Below, piece by piece: positions 18,517 through 27,820 of a stretch of 64,000 nt of DNA. Position numbers and translations under genes: made by a program. This DNA is from Bacteroidota bacterium (GTDB taxonomy: Bacteria; Bacteroidota; Bacteroidia; Flavobacteriales_F; PHOS-HE28), in the NCBI GenBank assembly GCA_963169535.1, contig CAUJED010000023.1, positions 8,030 to 72,029 on the forward strand, read 5' to 3'. Below the pieces are notes generated by a model. That model was not told the origin of the DNA, did no database searches, and saw only the letters and a list, made by a program, of their open reading frames with translations. Position 1 is the first letter of the stretch; the number at the start of each line of letters is the position of its first letter.

Positions 18517-20126
18517 GGCAGCGCAGCAGTGGCACCGGTGCGATCTGGCTGGTGTTGCTGGCCGTGGTGTTCATTTCGGGCATCGTGTTCATGGTGCTGC
18601 TGGGGCCGGATCGTGCAGCCCGCATCGCGGTCGCTTCCGTTCTCTCCACCACGGTGGATGGCCTCGCCGAAGATCCCGGCCCGCACCGATTGCGTGTGGT
18701 GGAGGTCGAGATCGACCAGACGCATCTGGATTCCTTGAACAGCGACCTGCCATGGAGCGGAGGGTACAACAAACCCGCGACCCTGCTGGCCCATGGCGTG
18801 GAGTTCCCGGCCAAGTTCCGGTATCGTGGACTGTACTCCGCTTCGCACTACCTGGGCGGCAAACGGTCGTTCCGCCTGCGGCTGAAGGAGGACAACCCGT
18901 TCAAGCCGTACCGCAAGCTCAACTTCATCAACCCCAAGTCGTTCAACATGCTCAACAACCACATGGGCATGTGGATCGCCGGGCACATGGGTGTAGCGGT
19001 GCCGTGGAATGAGATGGTGTACGTGCGGTTGAACGGGAAGGACCTTGGCGTGATGGAGATGTACGAGCAGCCCGATGGCTCGTTCGAGCGGATCCGGCAT
19101 CTGACCCAGGGCGATGTGCCCGTGTACCGCGGCGATTTCAAACGGATCACCACGCCCACACTACCCGAGAAGATCACCCTGTGGCGCGATGCCGCCAACT
19201 GGCAGTATGTGAGCGATGCGGACAGCACCGTGGCCTCCGACCGGATCCGGGCGATCGCACGGGTCATCGTGGACAGCACCCTCAGCCTTGAACAACGACG
19301 CGATACGCTCGCACGGCTGATCGATGTGGATGCCTTCGCGCGCTACTTCGCCGCGATGCTGGTGGTGAACACCAAGCACATGGACCAGTTCCACAACCAA
19401 TGGCTGGTCATGTCCGCCCGAACAGGGTTGTTCTATCCCATCTTCTGGGATGCGCTGCTCATGTTCCCGCCGGCCAACGAACCGCTCTACTTCATCAACG
19501 ATGCGTTGGCGCATTGGTTCCTGCGTATCCCCGAGTGGCGGCTCCTGCGTGATCGTTATACGCACCAAGCGCTCCGCGAGCTGCACACCGAAGGGGCGTT
19601 CACCCGGGAGTACGATGCGCGTATCGCGGACCTGATACCCTCGGTGTTGGCCGACCGGAACAAATACGGCCACGTCTCCATGATGCCCGAGGATGTGCAT
19701 CGGTTCTCGGTGACCCATGTCATCAGCTCCTTCGCGAACATGCGGGCCACGGTGAATGCGTATTGGACACGTACGCTGGCACGGCTGTCCGACAGAACGG
19801 TACGGGTGGAGCGCGGGGCCGCGCTGCATCTCACCTCGACCAATGAGGTACCCGTGGAACTCCGTTGGCGGAGTTTGGATCAGCTGCCGCCCCAGGTGAT
19901 CGTAGGGACCGATACGATCACCGCTGAACGGAAGGATGGATGGTGGTCCATCATCGTGCATCGCGCGGTGGAGGTGCCCGATGGCAGTTGGGACCATCCT
20001 TTCGCCAATTGGTTGCATTACCAGGTGCGGCCATTGGATGTCCACGTGAGGTTCCCCGGCGGAGTGCCTTCCGCATTGCGTATCACCAATGCCATAACCG
20101 ATGAAGGGATCGAAGAGGCCCCGTAG
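18513..20126 (+). CDS. CotH kinase family protein (membrane-anchored)
   Basis: Start at MRQRSSG (ATG 18513) followed by a TM anchor. CotH-like block: AKFRYRGLYSASHYLGGKRSFRLRLKE...KLNFINP...GVAVPWNEMVYVRLNGKDLGVMEMYEQPDGSF. Confidence 0.7.
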   Translation: MRQRSSGTGAIWLVLLAVVFISGIVFMVLLGPDRAARIAVASVLSTTVDGLAEDPGPHRLRVVEVEIDQTHLDSLNSDLPWSGGYNKPATLLAHGVEFPAKFRYRGLYSASHYLGGKRSFRLRLKEDNPFKPYRKLNFINPKSFNMLNNHMGMWIAGHMGVAVPWNEMVYVRLNGKDLGVMEMYEQPDGSFERIRHLTQGDVPVYRGDFKRITTPTLPEKITLWRDAANWQYVSDADSTVASDRIRAIARVIVDSTLSLEQRRDTLARLIDVDAFARYFAAMLVVNTKHMDQFHNQWLVMSARTGLFYPIFWDALLMFPPANEPLYFINDALAHWFLRIPEWRLLRDRYTHQALRELHTEGAFTREYDARIADLIPSVLADRNKYGHVSMMPEDVHRFSVTHVISSFANMRATVNAYWTRTLARLSDRTVRVERGAALHLTSTNEVPVELRWRSLDQLPPQVIVGTDTITAERKDGWWSIIVHRAVEVPDGSWDHPFANWLHYQVRPLDVHVRFPGGVPSALRITNAITDEGIEEAP

Positions 20127-22296
20127 GGTGGGGCTGGTGCCCTGGCTCATCGGCCTGTTGCTGGTGGGCGGTGGCTTGGTGGGCGTGTTCTCGCTCGGGC
20201 GTTCGGCCTGGCTCAAGCAGATACCCGGGTTGTCCATAGCGCCGTCGGAGTGGGACATGTACACGGCGTTGTTCGATCGCCATCCGGCGGCGACACGGCT
20301 CACGGAACTCCCTGTTCTGCGCTTCGGTCCATCGCACGAGGTGCCGGAGTGCATGGAGGATCAGCGTGGTGGGGCCTGGCGCACACGGTGGTTCGAAGGG
20401 GATGGTTACGGGGATTCGGTGGAGGTGCGCAACCTCTTGGATCGTCCGGGCCATGCGGTTCGGTTCAAGAAGGATGCGCTCTACAAGGAACACCGGCGCC
20501 TCATGCTCACCCCGGCCGCGACGGATGCGTTTCGCGCCAAACAGCTGGAGATCATCGCGCACGAACTCGGCTTGATCACGCCAGCCCTCGGGCTTGTACG
20601 GGTGATCTCGTGTGGCCATGATCTGGGGGCGTACCTACAGCAAGAGTGGGTGGACCAGGAGTTCGTTGCGCGCCGCGGCCTGCGCGGTGCCATCGTGGTG
20701 AAGATGGGGATGGATCCCTCCCGGCCTGATGCGCAGTTCCCCGTGATCGAAGGGGACAGTGTGGAGCAGGTACGCCTACGGGGCCGTATCGAACGTGCCT
20801 TGTCCGAGGTGGCAAAGGGCAACACGGATATGCTGGCTGCGATGATGGACGAGAAGGCTGCGGCAGCCTGGGCGCTGATGGCCTGGATCGATGGGCGGGA
20901 CCTGCGCGAGACCCGGGTCTCGTTGCTCTTCGATCGGTCCACGGAGCGGTTCGTCCCGATCTACCAGGTGCCTGCCGATGTGAGCCATACCGGTTCCCGA
21001 CGGACCTTGGTGTACAACCTCATCACCCCCTTGATCGAACGGCCATCGTTCCGCTCGCGCTTCGAGCGGATGCAGGCCGAGCTCGCCACGTCCTGGCCAG
21101 AGCTACAGCAACGCCACGCGGCCACTTTCACGCTTTGGGCTTCGTTGCTCGGGTTGTCCGATCCGCCGGGGATCACCACCACGCATATCGCCAACAACGA
21201 GGCCGTGCCCTATCTGGATCGTGCGCTGAATGCCGGCGGTGGTCACGCCACCTTCGTCCACGGCATGGATCTTCCTCCGTTGACCGTTGGTGCGGCACCC
21301 GACACCGCAGGACTGGCCCGGCTCGCGAAGCGGTACAAACTTGTACTTCAAGGTGATTCCATCATCTTCCCCCGTGGCAAGTACGAGATCCTGGAGGATG
21401 TGGAGTTCCCGGCAGGGCGGTCGGTGATCCTGTTGCAGGGGGCCAGGCTCTTCATGGGCGCGGGCGCCAGTATCGTGGTCAAGGGCGATCTCTTCATTCG
21501 GGGCACATTGCGCAATCCGGTGTTCATTCGCCCGCTGGAGGCGGATCGGCCCTTCGGTGTCCTTGCGGTGGTGGGCGGCACCTCGCAACGTTGTTCGATC
21601 AGCGGCCTTTATGTATCCGGCGGTGCTGGTGCCAAGCTGGCGGGTGCGAAGTACGGCGGCATGGTCACGGTACAAGGGGCGGCGCTCACCAGCATCACCA
21701 ACAGTGTGTTCCAGGAGCATGGTGCTGAGGCATCGTTGTTCGTTGATGGCAGCGAGCTGTCCATGAACGCCGTCCGGTTCGAGGATGTGGCGCGGTGTTT
21801 CGTGCGCCTGGATCATATCCGTGGGGTCATCCGCGATCCGGTGATGGTCGGCGCGCGGTCCAATGCCACCACCGGGCTTTCCATCGGCATGGGAACGGTG
21901 GCCGTGCTCGGCGGCACGTTCACCGGTCTGCAAGGGTCGGCCATTTCGGTGGATGGCGCCGCACAGGTGCTGGTCCGCCGGGTGCGTTCGTCGAAGAACG
22001 CGGTGGCCGTGCAAAGCACAGGGCACGCCGAAGTGCATGTGGAAGGCAATACGTTGGATGGGAACGACGTGGCCTTCGCGGTGCGGTCCGACATGCCTGG
22101 CGATCACCTGATCATCTACCCGAACCGCCTTTCGGAGAACAAGCTGGAACGAAGCGGGGATACGGGTTTCCGAACGGAGACAGCGTTGAGCGAGGCTACT
22201 GCGGCGCTGTTCGGTGTGCCGCTGACCGAACCGACTCCAGAAGCGGTACGGCCGACCACCGGGCGCAGCTCACGGCGTGGTGCTCGTGGGCGTTAG
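20101..22296 (+). CDS. membrane-anchored protein with a degenerate CotH-like N-terminal domain and a right-handed parallel beta-helix C-terminal domain
   Basis: N-terminal TM helix. CotH-like segment AVRFKKDALYKEHRRLMLTPA...ELGLITPALGLVRVISCGHDLGAYLQQEWVDQEF. Repetitive beta-helix-like C-terminus (...NAVAVQSTGHAEVHVEGNTLDGNDVAFAV). Overlaps the preceding gene by 26 nt. Confidence 0.55.
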   Translation: MKGSKRPRRVGLVPWLIGLLLVGGGLVGVFSLGRSAWLKQIPGLSIAPSEWDMYTALFDRHPAATRLTELPVLRFGPSHEVPECMEDQRGGAWRTRWFEGDGYGDSVEVRNLLDRPGHAVRFKKDALYKEHRRLMLTPAATDAFRAKQLEIIAHELGLITPALGLVRVISCGHDLGAYLQQEWVDQEFVARRGLRGAIVVKMGMDPSRPDAQFPVIEGDSVEQVRLRGRIERALSEVAKGNTDMLAAMMDEKAAAAWALMAWIDGRDLRETRVSLLFDRSTERFVPIYQVPADVSHTGSRRTLVYNLITPLIERPSFRSRFERMQAELATSWPELQQRHAATFTLWASLLGLSDPPGITTTHIANNEAVPYLDRALNAGGGHATFVHGMDLPPLTVGAAPDTAGLARLAKRYKLVLQGDSIIFPRGKYEILEDVEFPAGRSVILLQGARLFMGAGASIVVKGDLFIRGTLRNPVFIRPLEADRPFGVLAVVGGTSQRCSISGLYVSGGAGAKLAGAKYGGMVTVQGAALTSITNSVFQEHGAEASLFVDGSELSMNAVRFEDVARCFVRLDHIRGVIRDPVMVGARSNATTGLSIGMGTVAVLGGTFTGLQGSAISVDGAAQVLVRRVRSSKNAVAVQSTGHAEVHVEGNTLDGNDVAFAVRSDMPGDHLIIYPNRLSENKLERSGDTGFRTETALSEATAALFGVPLTEPTPEAVRPTTGRSSRRGARGR

Positions 22297-23808
22297 GAAG
22301 ATGCCTGCGCGGTCCATGGGGCGTTCCGCAGCCCGCCAGTCCGAGCCCTGCATGCGGAGTTCATCGGCCGGTGCTTTCTCCAACGGGTAGAGCGTGGCAT
22401 CCGGTCGATCGAGAAAGGTCACCGTTTCCACCTTGCCATCCTTCAGGTGAACGTGGATCCGGCTGCAATCGGCACGGTTCACCCCCATGATGTGCTCCTC
22501 GCCGTTCTTCGTCTCCTGTGCGAAGTACACCGTGCGTGCGTTGCCTTCCACCTCCAAGGTGCGTAGACCTTGATCGCCGAAGTATCCGGTCATGTTGGTG
22601 CCCGCGACCTGGTCGTAGCGTATGCTGTCCACCTGGGAGACCAGGAACGCGGCCTGTTCGATGAATAGCTGATGGGCTTTCCCATCGCGCAGGGCGATGC
22701 GGATGTGCCGACCGGTGATCTGGTCGGTGCCGCTCCAGAGCACGGGAGCGTGGTATAGGCTGATCACGCTGTCCGCTTGGTCGTAGATGAGGGTGTCGCA
22801 GGCGCCCTGGAGGTCGTTGCGGAAGAACCGTACATGGCGGTGGGCCTGGATCCGGTCGCCGTTGTCGCTGGGAAGCGTGAAGAGCGTGTCGCCATGCAGG
22901 AAAAGGGTGTCCGTTCCCATGCGAAGCTCCAGCTCGGCCTGTCCGGTGACCATGGCGCGATCGTTGATACTGTTGTAACGTCCCAGGGCGCCGCGAATGG
23001 TGGTGGCGCTTGCGGAATCGTTCACCACCACCTGGCCCCAGGCAGAGCCTTCGCCGGTCCTGCGGTCGTAATGCAGGCTGTCCCCTTCGAGGGTGCGGCC
23101 CTGGTCATCGATCACGGACCGCTTGGTGAAGCGGGCCCTTTCGTTGCGTGTGTCGTACGTCCCGCGTAGCGTGTTGATGATGGTGGAACCATGCACGATC
23201 CGGGTGGGACCGGGGAATTCGGCGACCCCGGTGGAGGTGACATAGTGCATGGTGTCGCCGGTGATGGTGCGTTCCGGATGGTCGATGCGCACGTTGCGGC
23301 TGAAGATGAAACGGCGACCGTTGGTGAGGTAGATGCCGTGGTCGCTGGTGAGCACATCCCCGCCCTGTACGCTGCGGATCCGCCCTCCCGTATCGTATAC
23401 CGCACGGCGACCACGGAGGTCATAGTGCAGCGCGGAGGTGTTCAGCTCCATGTCGCTATTGCGCATCGTCACGTTGCCTTCGAGACGGGCGGTGCGTTCA
23501 TTCCCATTGTAGAGCGCACGATCGGCCTGTACATGCAAGGTGTCGCCCTGGGCAATGGTCACATGGCCGAATGCACGCACCTGTTGGTCATTGTACAGAT
23601 AGGCACTGTCGCACCGGAGAACGGCATCCTTATGCCGGAAACGGACATCACCCTTCAGCCGCTGCGCCCCCGGGGCGATGCGGTCGTCGTATTCGCCGCG
23701 GTCCGCGTTGAGCAGTTCGATGCGTTCGTTGGCGGTGGGTGTGGCGGTTTGTGCCCAGGCACCGGTGGCGTGTGCCAGCAACAACAACAGGAGGGATGAT
23801 CGCATCAT
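22270..23808 (-). CDS. OstA-like (LptA/LptD N-terminal domain repeats) periplasmic protein
   Basis: Signal peptide MMRSSLLLLLLAHATGAWAQ. Repeated OstA-like strands (LKGDVRFRHKDAVLRCDSAYLY..., GHVTIAQGDTLHVQADRALYNG...). Lies in an envelope gene neighbourhood. Confidence 0.65.
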   Translation of the reverse strand: MMRSSLLLLLLAHATGAWAQTATPTANERIELLNADRGEYDDRIAPGAQRLKGDVRFRHKDAVLRCDSAYLYNDQQVRAFGHVTIAQGDTLHVQADRALYNGNERTARLEGNVTMRNSDMELNTSALHYDLRGRRAVYDTGGRIRSVQGGDVLTSDHGIYLTNGRRFIFSRNVRIDHPERTITGDTMHYVTSTGVAEFPGPTRIVHGSTIINTLRGTYDTRNERARFTKRSVIDDQGRTLEGDSLHYDRRTGEGSAWGQVVVNDSASATTIRGALGRYNSINDRAMVTGQAELELRMGTDTLFLHGDTLFTLPSDNGDRIQAHRHVRFFRNDLQGACDTLIYDQADSVISLYHAPVLWSGTDQITGRHIRIALRDGKAHQLFIEQAAFLVSQVDSIRYDQVAGTNMTGYFGDQGLRTLEVEGNARTVYFAQETKNGEEHIMGVNRADCSRIHVHLKDGKVETVTFLDRPDATLYPLEKAPADELRMQGSDWRAAERPMDRAGIFLTPTSTTP

Positions 23809-23848
23809 CGCAACGGAGCTCGGCAAGGGGCGTGCCATGCGTTGGCGT

Positions 23849-24403
23849 TCAGTTCATGGATACCCCCGGCAGCTTCCGCATCTGCGTGTAATGGACGCTT
23901 AGCGCTTCGAGCAACCGCCGGATGTGCCCTTCGGCTTCGGTGGTGGCCGGGCTCACGGGCTTTCCCTGCGCCCGCAGCAGCAGCACACCATAGATCGCGG
24001 TGAATCCGGTGGTGATGGGTCCATCGGCCTGGTCATCGGCCTGGCTTTGCAACGCGGTGATCGCTGGTCGAGCTTCGGCGAATAGCGCGACGTACGGCTC
24101 GTCGCGGATCACATTCACCAGGCTGTTATGCAGGAATTCCAGTTCGTTGAGCACCTCCTCCACCTCGCTCAGATGGCCTTGGAGCTCGATGCCCTGAAGC
24201 TTCATCCGCTGGATGATGCTCGAATACCAGGCGCGCGTATCGGCCTTGGTGGACTCGTCGGCATCCATGGGTGCTATCATGAGTTCCTCCACCTTGTCCA
24301 GGTTGAACGCGTTCGCACGCATCAGGTCCTCCACGTGCCACATGCTGATCACATAGCCCGCGATGTTGTTCCGCTTCTTGTCGTCCAGCAGGCCCATTGT
24401 CAT
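23849..24403 (-). CDS. DUF4924 family protein
   Basis: KKRNNIAGYVISMWHVEDLMRA...LDKV matches my recollection of Bacteroidota DUF4924. Stop/start overlap with the upstream ompH-like gene. Confidence 0.65.
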   Translation of the reverse strand: MTMGLLDDKKRNNIAGYVISMWHVEDLMRANAFNLDKVEELMIAPMDADESTKADTRAWYSSIIQRMKLQGIELQGHLSEVEEVLNELEFLHNSLVNVIRDEPYVALFAEARPAITALQSQADDQADGPITTGFTAIYGVLLLRAQGKPVSPATTEAEGHIRRLLEALSVHYTQMRKLPGVSMN

Positions 24404-25047
24404 TTGATGGTCGCCTTACCTGACCGGTGGCGTTGGTTCAGCCCGTTGATCAGGTCCTCACTGATGTCGAGCCCTTTATTGCCCACCCAGATCTGTCCTC
24501 CGTTCTGTACGCTGAAGATGTAGTCGTAGCCGGCGGTGCGATTGTAGACCTCCAGGTAATCACGGAGTTCTTTGGTGATCTCGGTGAGCATTTCGGCTTC
24601 GAGCTTCGCGAGTTGTTCTTCACTGCTGGCCTGCTGGCTCTGGATCTTGGCCATGAGCTGTTGCAGTTCCTGTTCATCCTTGGCCACCTCGGCCTGGGTG
24701 CTGTACGTGTGGTCCTTGCGCATCAATTCATCATAGCGCGCCTGGGCCTTGCTCATCTCGCTCTTCAGGCTGTTCTCCAGCCGCTGCCCTTCGCTGCGGA
24801 AGCGCTTATCCTTTTCGGCGATCAGCTCATACTTCGCCTGCACGCTGTCCATCTGGAAGTATGCGATCCGGGCATCCTTCAAGCCACTGGTGTCGCGGTT
24901 TGCGATGGGCGCAACGGGCAGCTCTTGCGGAACGGGGTCGGATGTCGCTCCGGTCGTAACGGCGGGCTGGCGCATCAGGCTCCAGCCGAGCACGGCGGAG
25001 AGCACGACGTTCCAAAGGATGAGAAGCAAGGTGGTGTTCTTGGGCAT
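24400..25047 (-). CDS. OmpH/Skp family periplasmic chaperone
   Basis: N-terminal anchor/signal, then IAYFQMDSVQAKYELIAEKDKRFRSEGQRLE... coiled coil, then ...YDYIFSVQNGGQIWVGNKGLDISEDLI, typical of OmpH. Confidence 0.8.
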   Translation of the reverse strand: MPKNTTLLLILWNVVLSAVLGWSLMRQPAVTTGATSDPVPQELPVAPIANRDTSGLKDARIAYFQMDSVQAKYELIAEKDKRFRSEGQRLENSLKSEMSKAQARYDELMRKDHTYSTQAEVAKDEQELQQLMAKIQSQQASSEEQLAKLEAEMLTEITKELRDYLEVYNRTAGYDYIFSVQNGGQIWVGNKGLDISEDLINGLNQRHRSGKATIK

Positions 25048-25059
25048 GGGAGTGATAAC

Positions 25060-25088
25060 GAACGCCCCTTCACATGGAAGGGGCGTTC
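25060..25088 (-). terminator. hairpin downstream of the 700-aa T9SS protein gene
   Basis: GAACGCCCCTT-CACATGG-AAGGGGCGTTC: 11-bp perfect stem, 28 nt 3' of the stop at 25116. No strong U-tract. Confidence 0.5.
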
Positions 25089-25115
25089 AAAGGTAACGGT
25101 GGGGTGGTGAAGTGA

Positions 25116-27218
25116 TCAGTCCAGCACCACCACGGTGGTTCGGGCATGGGTGTCCGGACGTTTCACCACCAGCTGGTAGGTCCCGGCCCCCACATCGTCC
25201 AGGCGGATGGTCACCGGGCTAAGGTTCACCACGCATGCTTCTTCGTGAACCAGGCGGCCACGGGCGTCCAGTACCTGCACCACGCAGGGGCCTGGATCCA
25301 GACCATCCAATTGGAGCGGACCACGAGTGGGGTTGGGCCAGGTCCGGAGCACCGGCATCGTGGCTTCCCCGATGCCGACCACGAGGTTCACGTTCACGCA
25401 GGTGGTGTCGTTGTTGTTGTCCATGTCGCTGTTCCAACTGCTCCAGGCGCACAGGTCGCCCGTGGTGTTCGCCGATGGGGTCAACTGCTGCGGGAAGCTG
25501 AACAGGACTTGGGAGCCTGCGGCGATCGGGGCTCCCGTATAGTTGGCCGTGACCACGGGCTCTCCTTCGAACCGGTAGTTCACACTGAAGCCCGAAGCGG
25601 CGATATTGCCATGATTGGTGATCCATGTACGGATGGTGGTGGGTCCGGAGATGTTCTGTCCGGGTGCGGCACCGAAGAATCCGCTCACGCCGATGTCGCG
25701 GATCGGGGCTTCCGTCAGATCCAACCCGATATGGAAGTCCACGTTCTCGCGATCGCGGTATTCGGCCCACGTCCCACCAAGTACCTCGTAGGTGTTCAGC
25801 GAGAAGGGCGCCACGATGTCCTGGGCGATGTTGATGTTCGCACCACCCATGTACCAGAGCACATACACACCGCCACTGGCGATGGTCAAGGGTGCGGTCA
25901 ACGGGATGGTGAGGTTGCCAGCAACGGCCTGTTGCGGTGTCACGGCTACCGAATCGAGCAGCGTACCAGCGCTGCCATTCGGGCCATCATCATCGTACAC
26001 CATCATGCTGAAGCCGCTGGGGCCCGTGTTGCTGGCGATGCGCACACGGGTGGCGCCGGCGTAGGCCGGGTAGTAGGGTGGTGCGAAGAATACACCCACA
26101 CCGCCATCACCACCGTTCCAACCGAGTCCGGTCCCGTCATCCGTGCTGCCCGCATAGGTCAGCTGCAAGGTGGTCTGCGTCGTGTCCACCACCACCAGTT
26201 CCTGGACCTTGCTGTTGTTGGTGCTCACCAGTTCGTTGGCGATCCCGCTGATGGAGGTGGTGAGGGTGTGTGTGCCGGCCGTGGTGGGGACGAACTGGGC
26301 ATTGAAGTCGATGGGTGCATTGTTGGTGGCCACTAGTGCGGCCACTTGGGCCGAAGCCGTCACCACGACCATGTTCGCTTGGTTGCGCACCGTGGCTTGC
26401 ACCTCGATGTCGGTGAGGTCCACATTCCCGGAGTTGATGATGCCCGCCTCGAGGTTCAGGGGGGCGCCGTTCCGGGCGATGAAGCGCCCATGGCTGCCTG
26501 GGGCGGTGTTGTAATCCACCATGGCATCCACGATGTCCAACTCCGTGGTATCCGGCCGGTAGTAGCGTATGGCGAAGTTGTTCGTCTGGTATTGGTCCAC
26601 CGAATGTTGTAGGCCGATCGATCCGGCCACGCTTTCGATCCCGATCAATAGATCGTTGTTCTGGGTGGTGCCGGAGACCAGGAGATACTGCACCGTGATG
26701 GTGTTGTCCGTCTTGTTCAGGATCACCTGGAACGTGTTGCTGCCGGTGTAGCTCGGGGCAGTGGGGCTCCAGAACGGCACACCCACATACGAGATGATGG
26801 TCTGGTCATCGTCATCCAGGATGTAGCATCGGCCCGGGTTGCCGGTGCCGGAGAAGGTCAGGTCCGCCGTGTAGGCCGCGATGTAGTCGTTCATGCCACC
26901 GGCCATGGGGATGGTCGGGAACGGCGAAGCGATGTTGCCATTGGCGAAGGCGATGTAGCCGTTGCTCCCGATCCAAACGTTCTTCCTGGTGTACCAGTAG
27001 TACGCCTGACTGGTGGCCATCACGAATGGACCGACCATGTTATCATCCGCCAGGCCCTGCACCTGCGTGCCCGTGGTGGTGATATCGATCCACGAGAACA
27101 CCGGACCTCCGGGCTCGTTGCTGTCCTTCCAGGTATAGCCGTACATGTCGGGCCCACCCGAAGCAGCGAAGAGGTTGGCGGATAGGGAGAGTGCGATGAG
27201 GGTCAGGTGTCGCATCAT
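25116..27218 (-). CDS. large secreted protein with a T9SS C-terminal sorting domain, function unknown
   Basis: Signal peptide MMRHLTLIALSLSANLFAAS. C-terminus ...TWPNPTRGPLQLDGL...YQLVVKRPDTHARTTVVVLD is typical of a T9SS CTD. Beta-rich Ig-like repeats in between. Confidence 0.75.
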   Translation of the reverse strand: MMRHLTLIALSLSANLFAASGGPDMYGYTWKDSNEPGGPVFSWIDITTTGTQVQGLADDNMVGPFVMATSQAYYWYTRKNVWIGSNGYIAFANGNIASPFPTIPMAGGMNDYIAAYTADLTFSGTGNPGRCYILDDDDQTIISYVGVPFWSPTAPSYTGSNTFQVILNKTDNTITVQYLLVSGTTQNNDLLIGIESVAGSIGLQHSVDQYQTNNFAIRYYRPDTTELDIVDAMVDYNTAPGSHGRFIARNGAPLNLEAGIINSGNVDLTDIEVQATVRNQANMVVVTASAQVAALVATNNAPIDFNAQFVPTTAGTHTLTTSISGIANELVSTNNSKVQELVVVDTTQTTLQLTYAGSTDDGTGLGWNGGDGGVGVFFAPPYYPAYAGATRVRIASNTGPSGFSMMVYDDDGPNGSAGTLLDSVAVTPQQAVAGNLTIPLTAPLTIASGGVYVLWYMGGANINIAQDIVAPFSLNTYEVLGGTWAEYRDRENVDFHIGLDLTEAPIRDIGVSGFFGAAPGQNISGPTTIRTWITNHGNIAASGFSVNYRFEGEPVVTANYTGAPIAAGSQVLFSFPQQLTPSANTTGDLCAWSSWNSDMDNNNDTTCVNVNLVVGIGEATMPVLRTWPNPTRGPLQLDGLDPGPCVVQVLDARGRLVHEEACVVNLSPVTIRLDDVGAGTYQLVVKRPDTHARTTVVVLD

Positions 27219-27665
27219 GGGCTTGGGGGAGATTGGGGACGTGTTGGGGTTTCGTGGAACGATGCACCTCGTTGTGAGCAGAGGTCATCACAGCGTACGG
27301 TTCTTCAGTTTCACATCATGGTGGAACAGGGGGCGAATGGGGCGTAGGATGGAGGCCGAACTGGATCCAATATAGTGATCCGGGGCGAGCAAAGCCTGAT
27401 GTGCTGCCGGGGGCCGGGTCTCGATCCCGCGTCCAAAGGGGGAGGTGTCAAGGGCCGCAAGCTTGGCGGGCATCGATCCATTGCCCCCGCTGCCACATGA
27501 GCGGCTCAGGCCGTGGCGCGGAGGACCGGGGAGAAGATGAATACTCGCCCAGGCTGCTGTTCCGGCCTATGCAGTGGAAGGCATGATGCCGATCGGACAT
27601 TCAATGGCGGCCTTTGATGCGCGCCTGTTTTTTCATGGGCCGGAACGAGGGGCCTGTTATTTCAT

Positions 27666-27820
27666 TTCGCATGAAGGCGTAGGCCAGAGATGCGGAGGGA
27701 TCGTTCCGCATGACGATACGGCGGGGTCGCCGCATAGCCGGTGCTACGGAACGATCACGACGGAGAAGTCGTGCGAAAAAGACCGAGTGGATCGGCCTAC
27801 TCCTTCGTGCGAATGGGTAT
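27666..27820 (-). repeat. intergenic repeat family, copy B (best preserved)
   Basis: Arms TTCGCATGAAGGCGTAGGCC (27666-27685) and GGCCTACTCCTTCGTGCGAA (27794-27813) are complementary at 18 of 20 positions. An internal 10-bp stem pairs GATCGTTCCG (27699-27708) with CGGAACGATC (27747-27756). The ...GAATGGGTAT end abuts the TGA of the LytTR gene. Confidence 0.8.
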
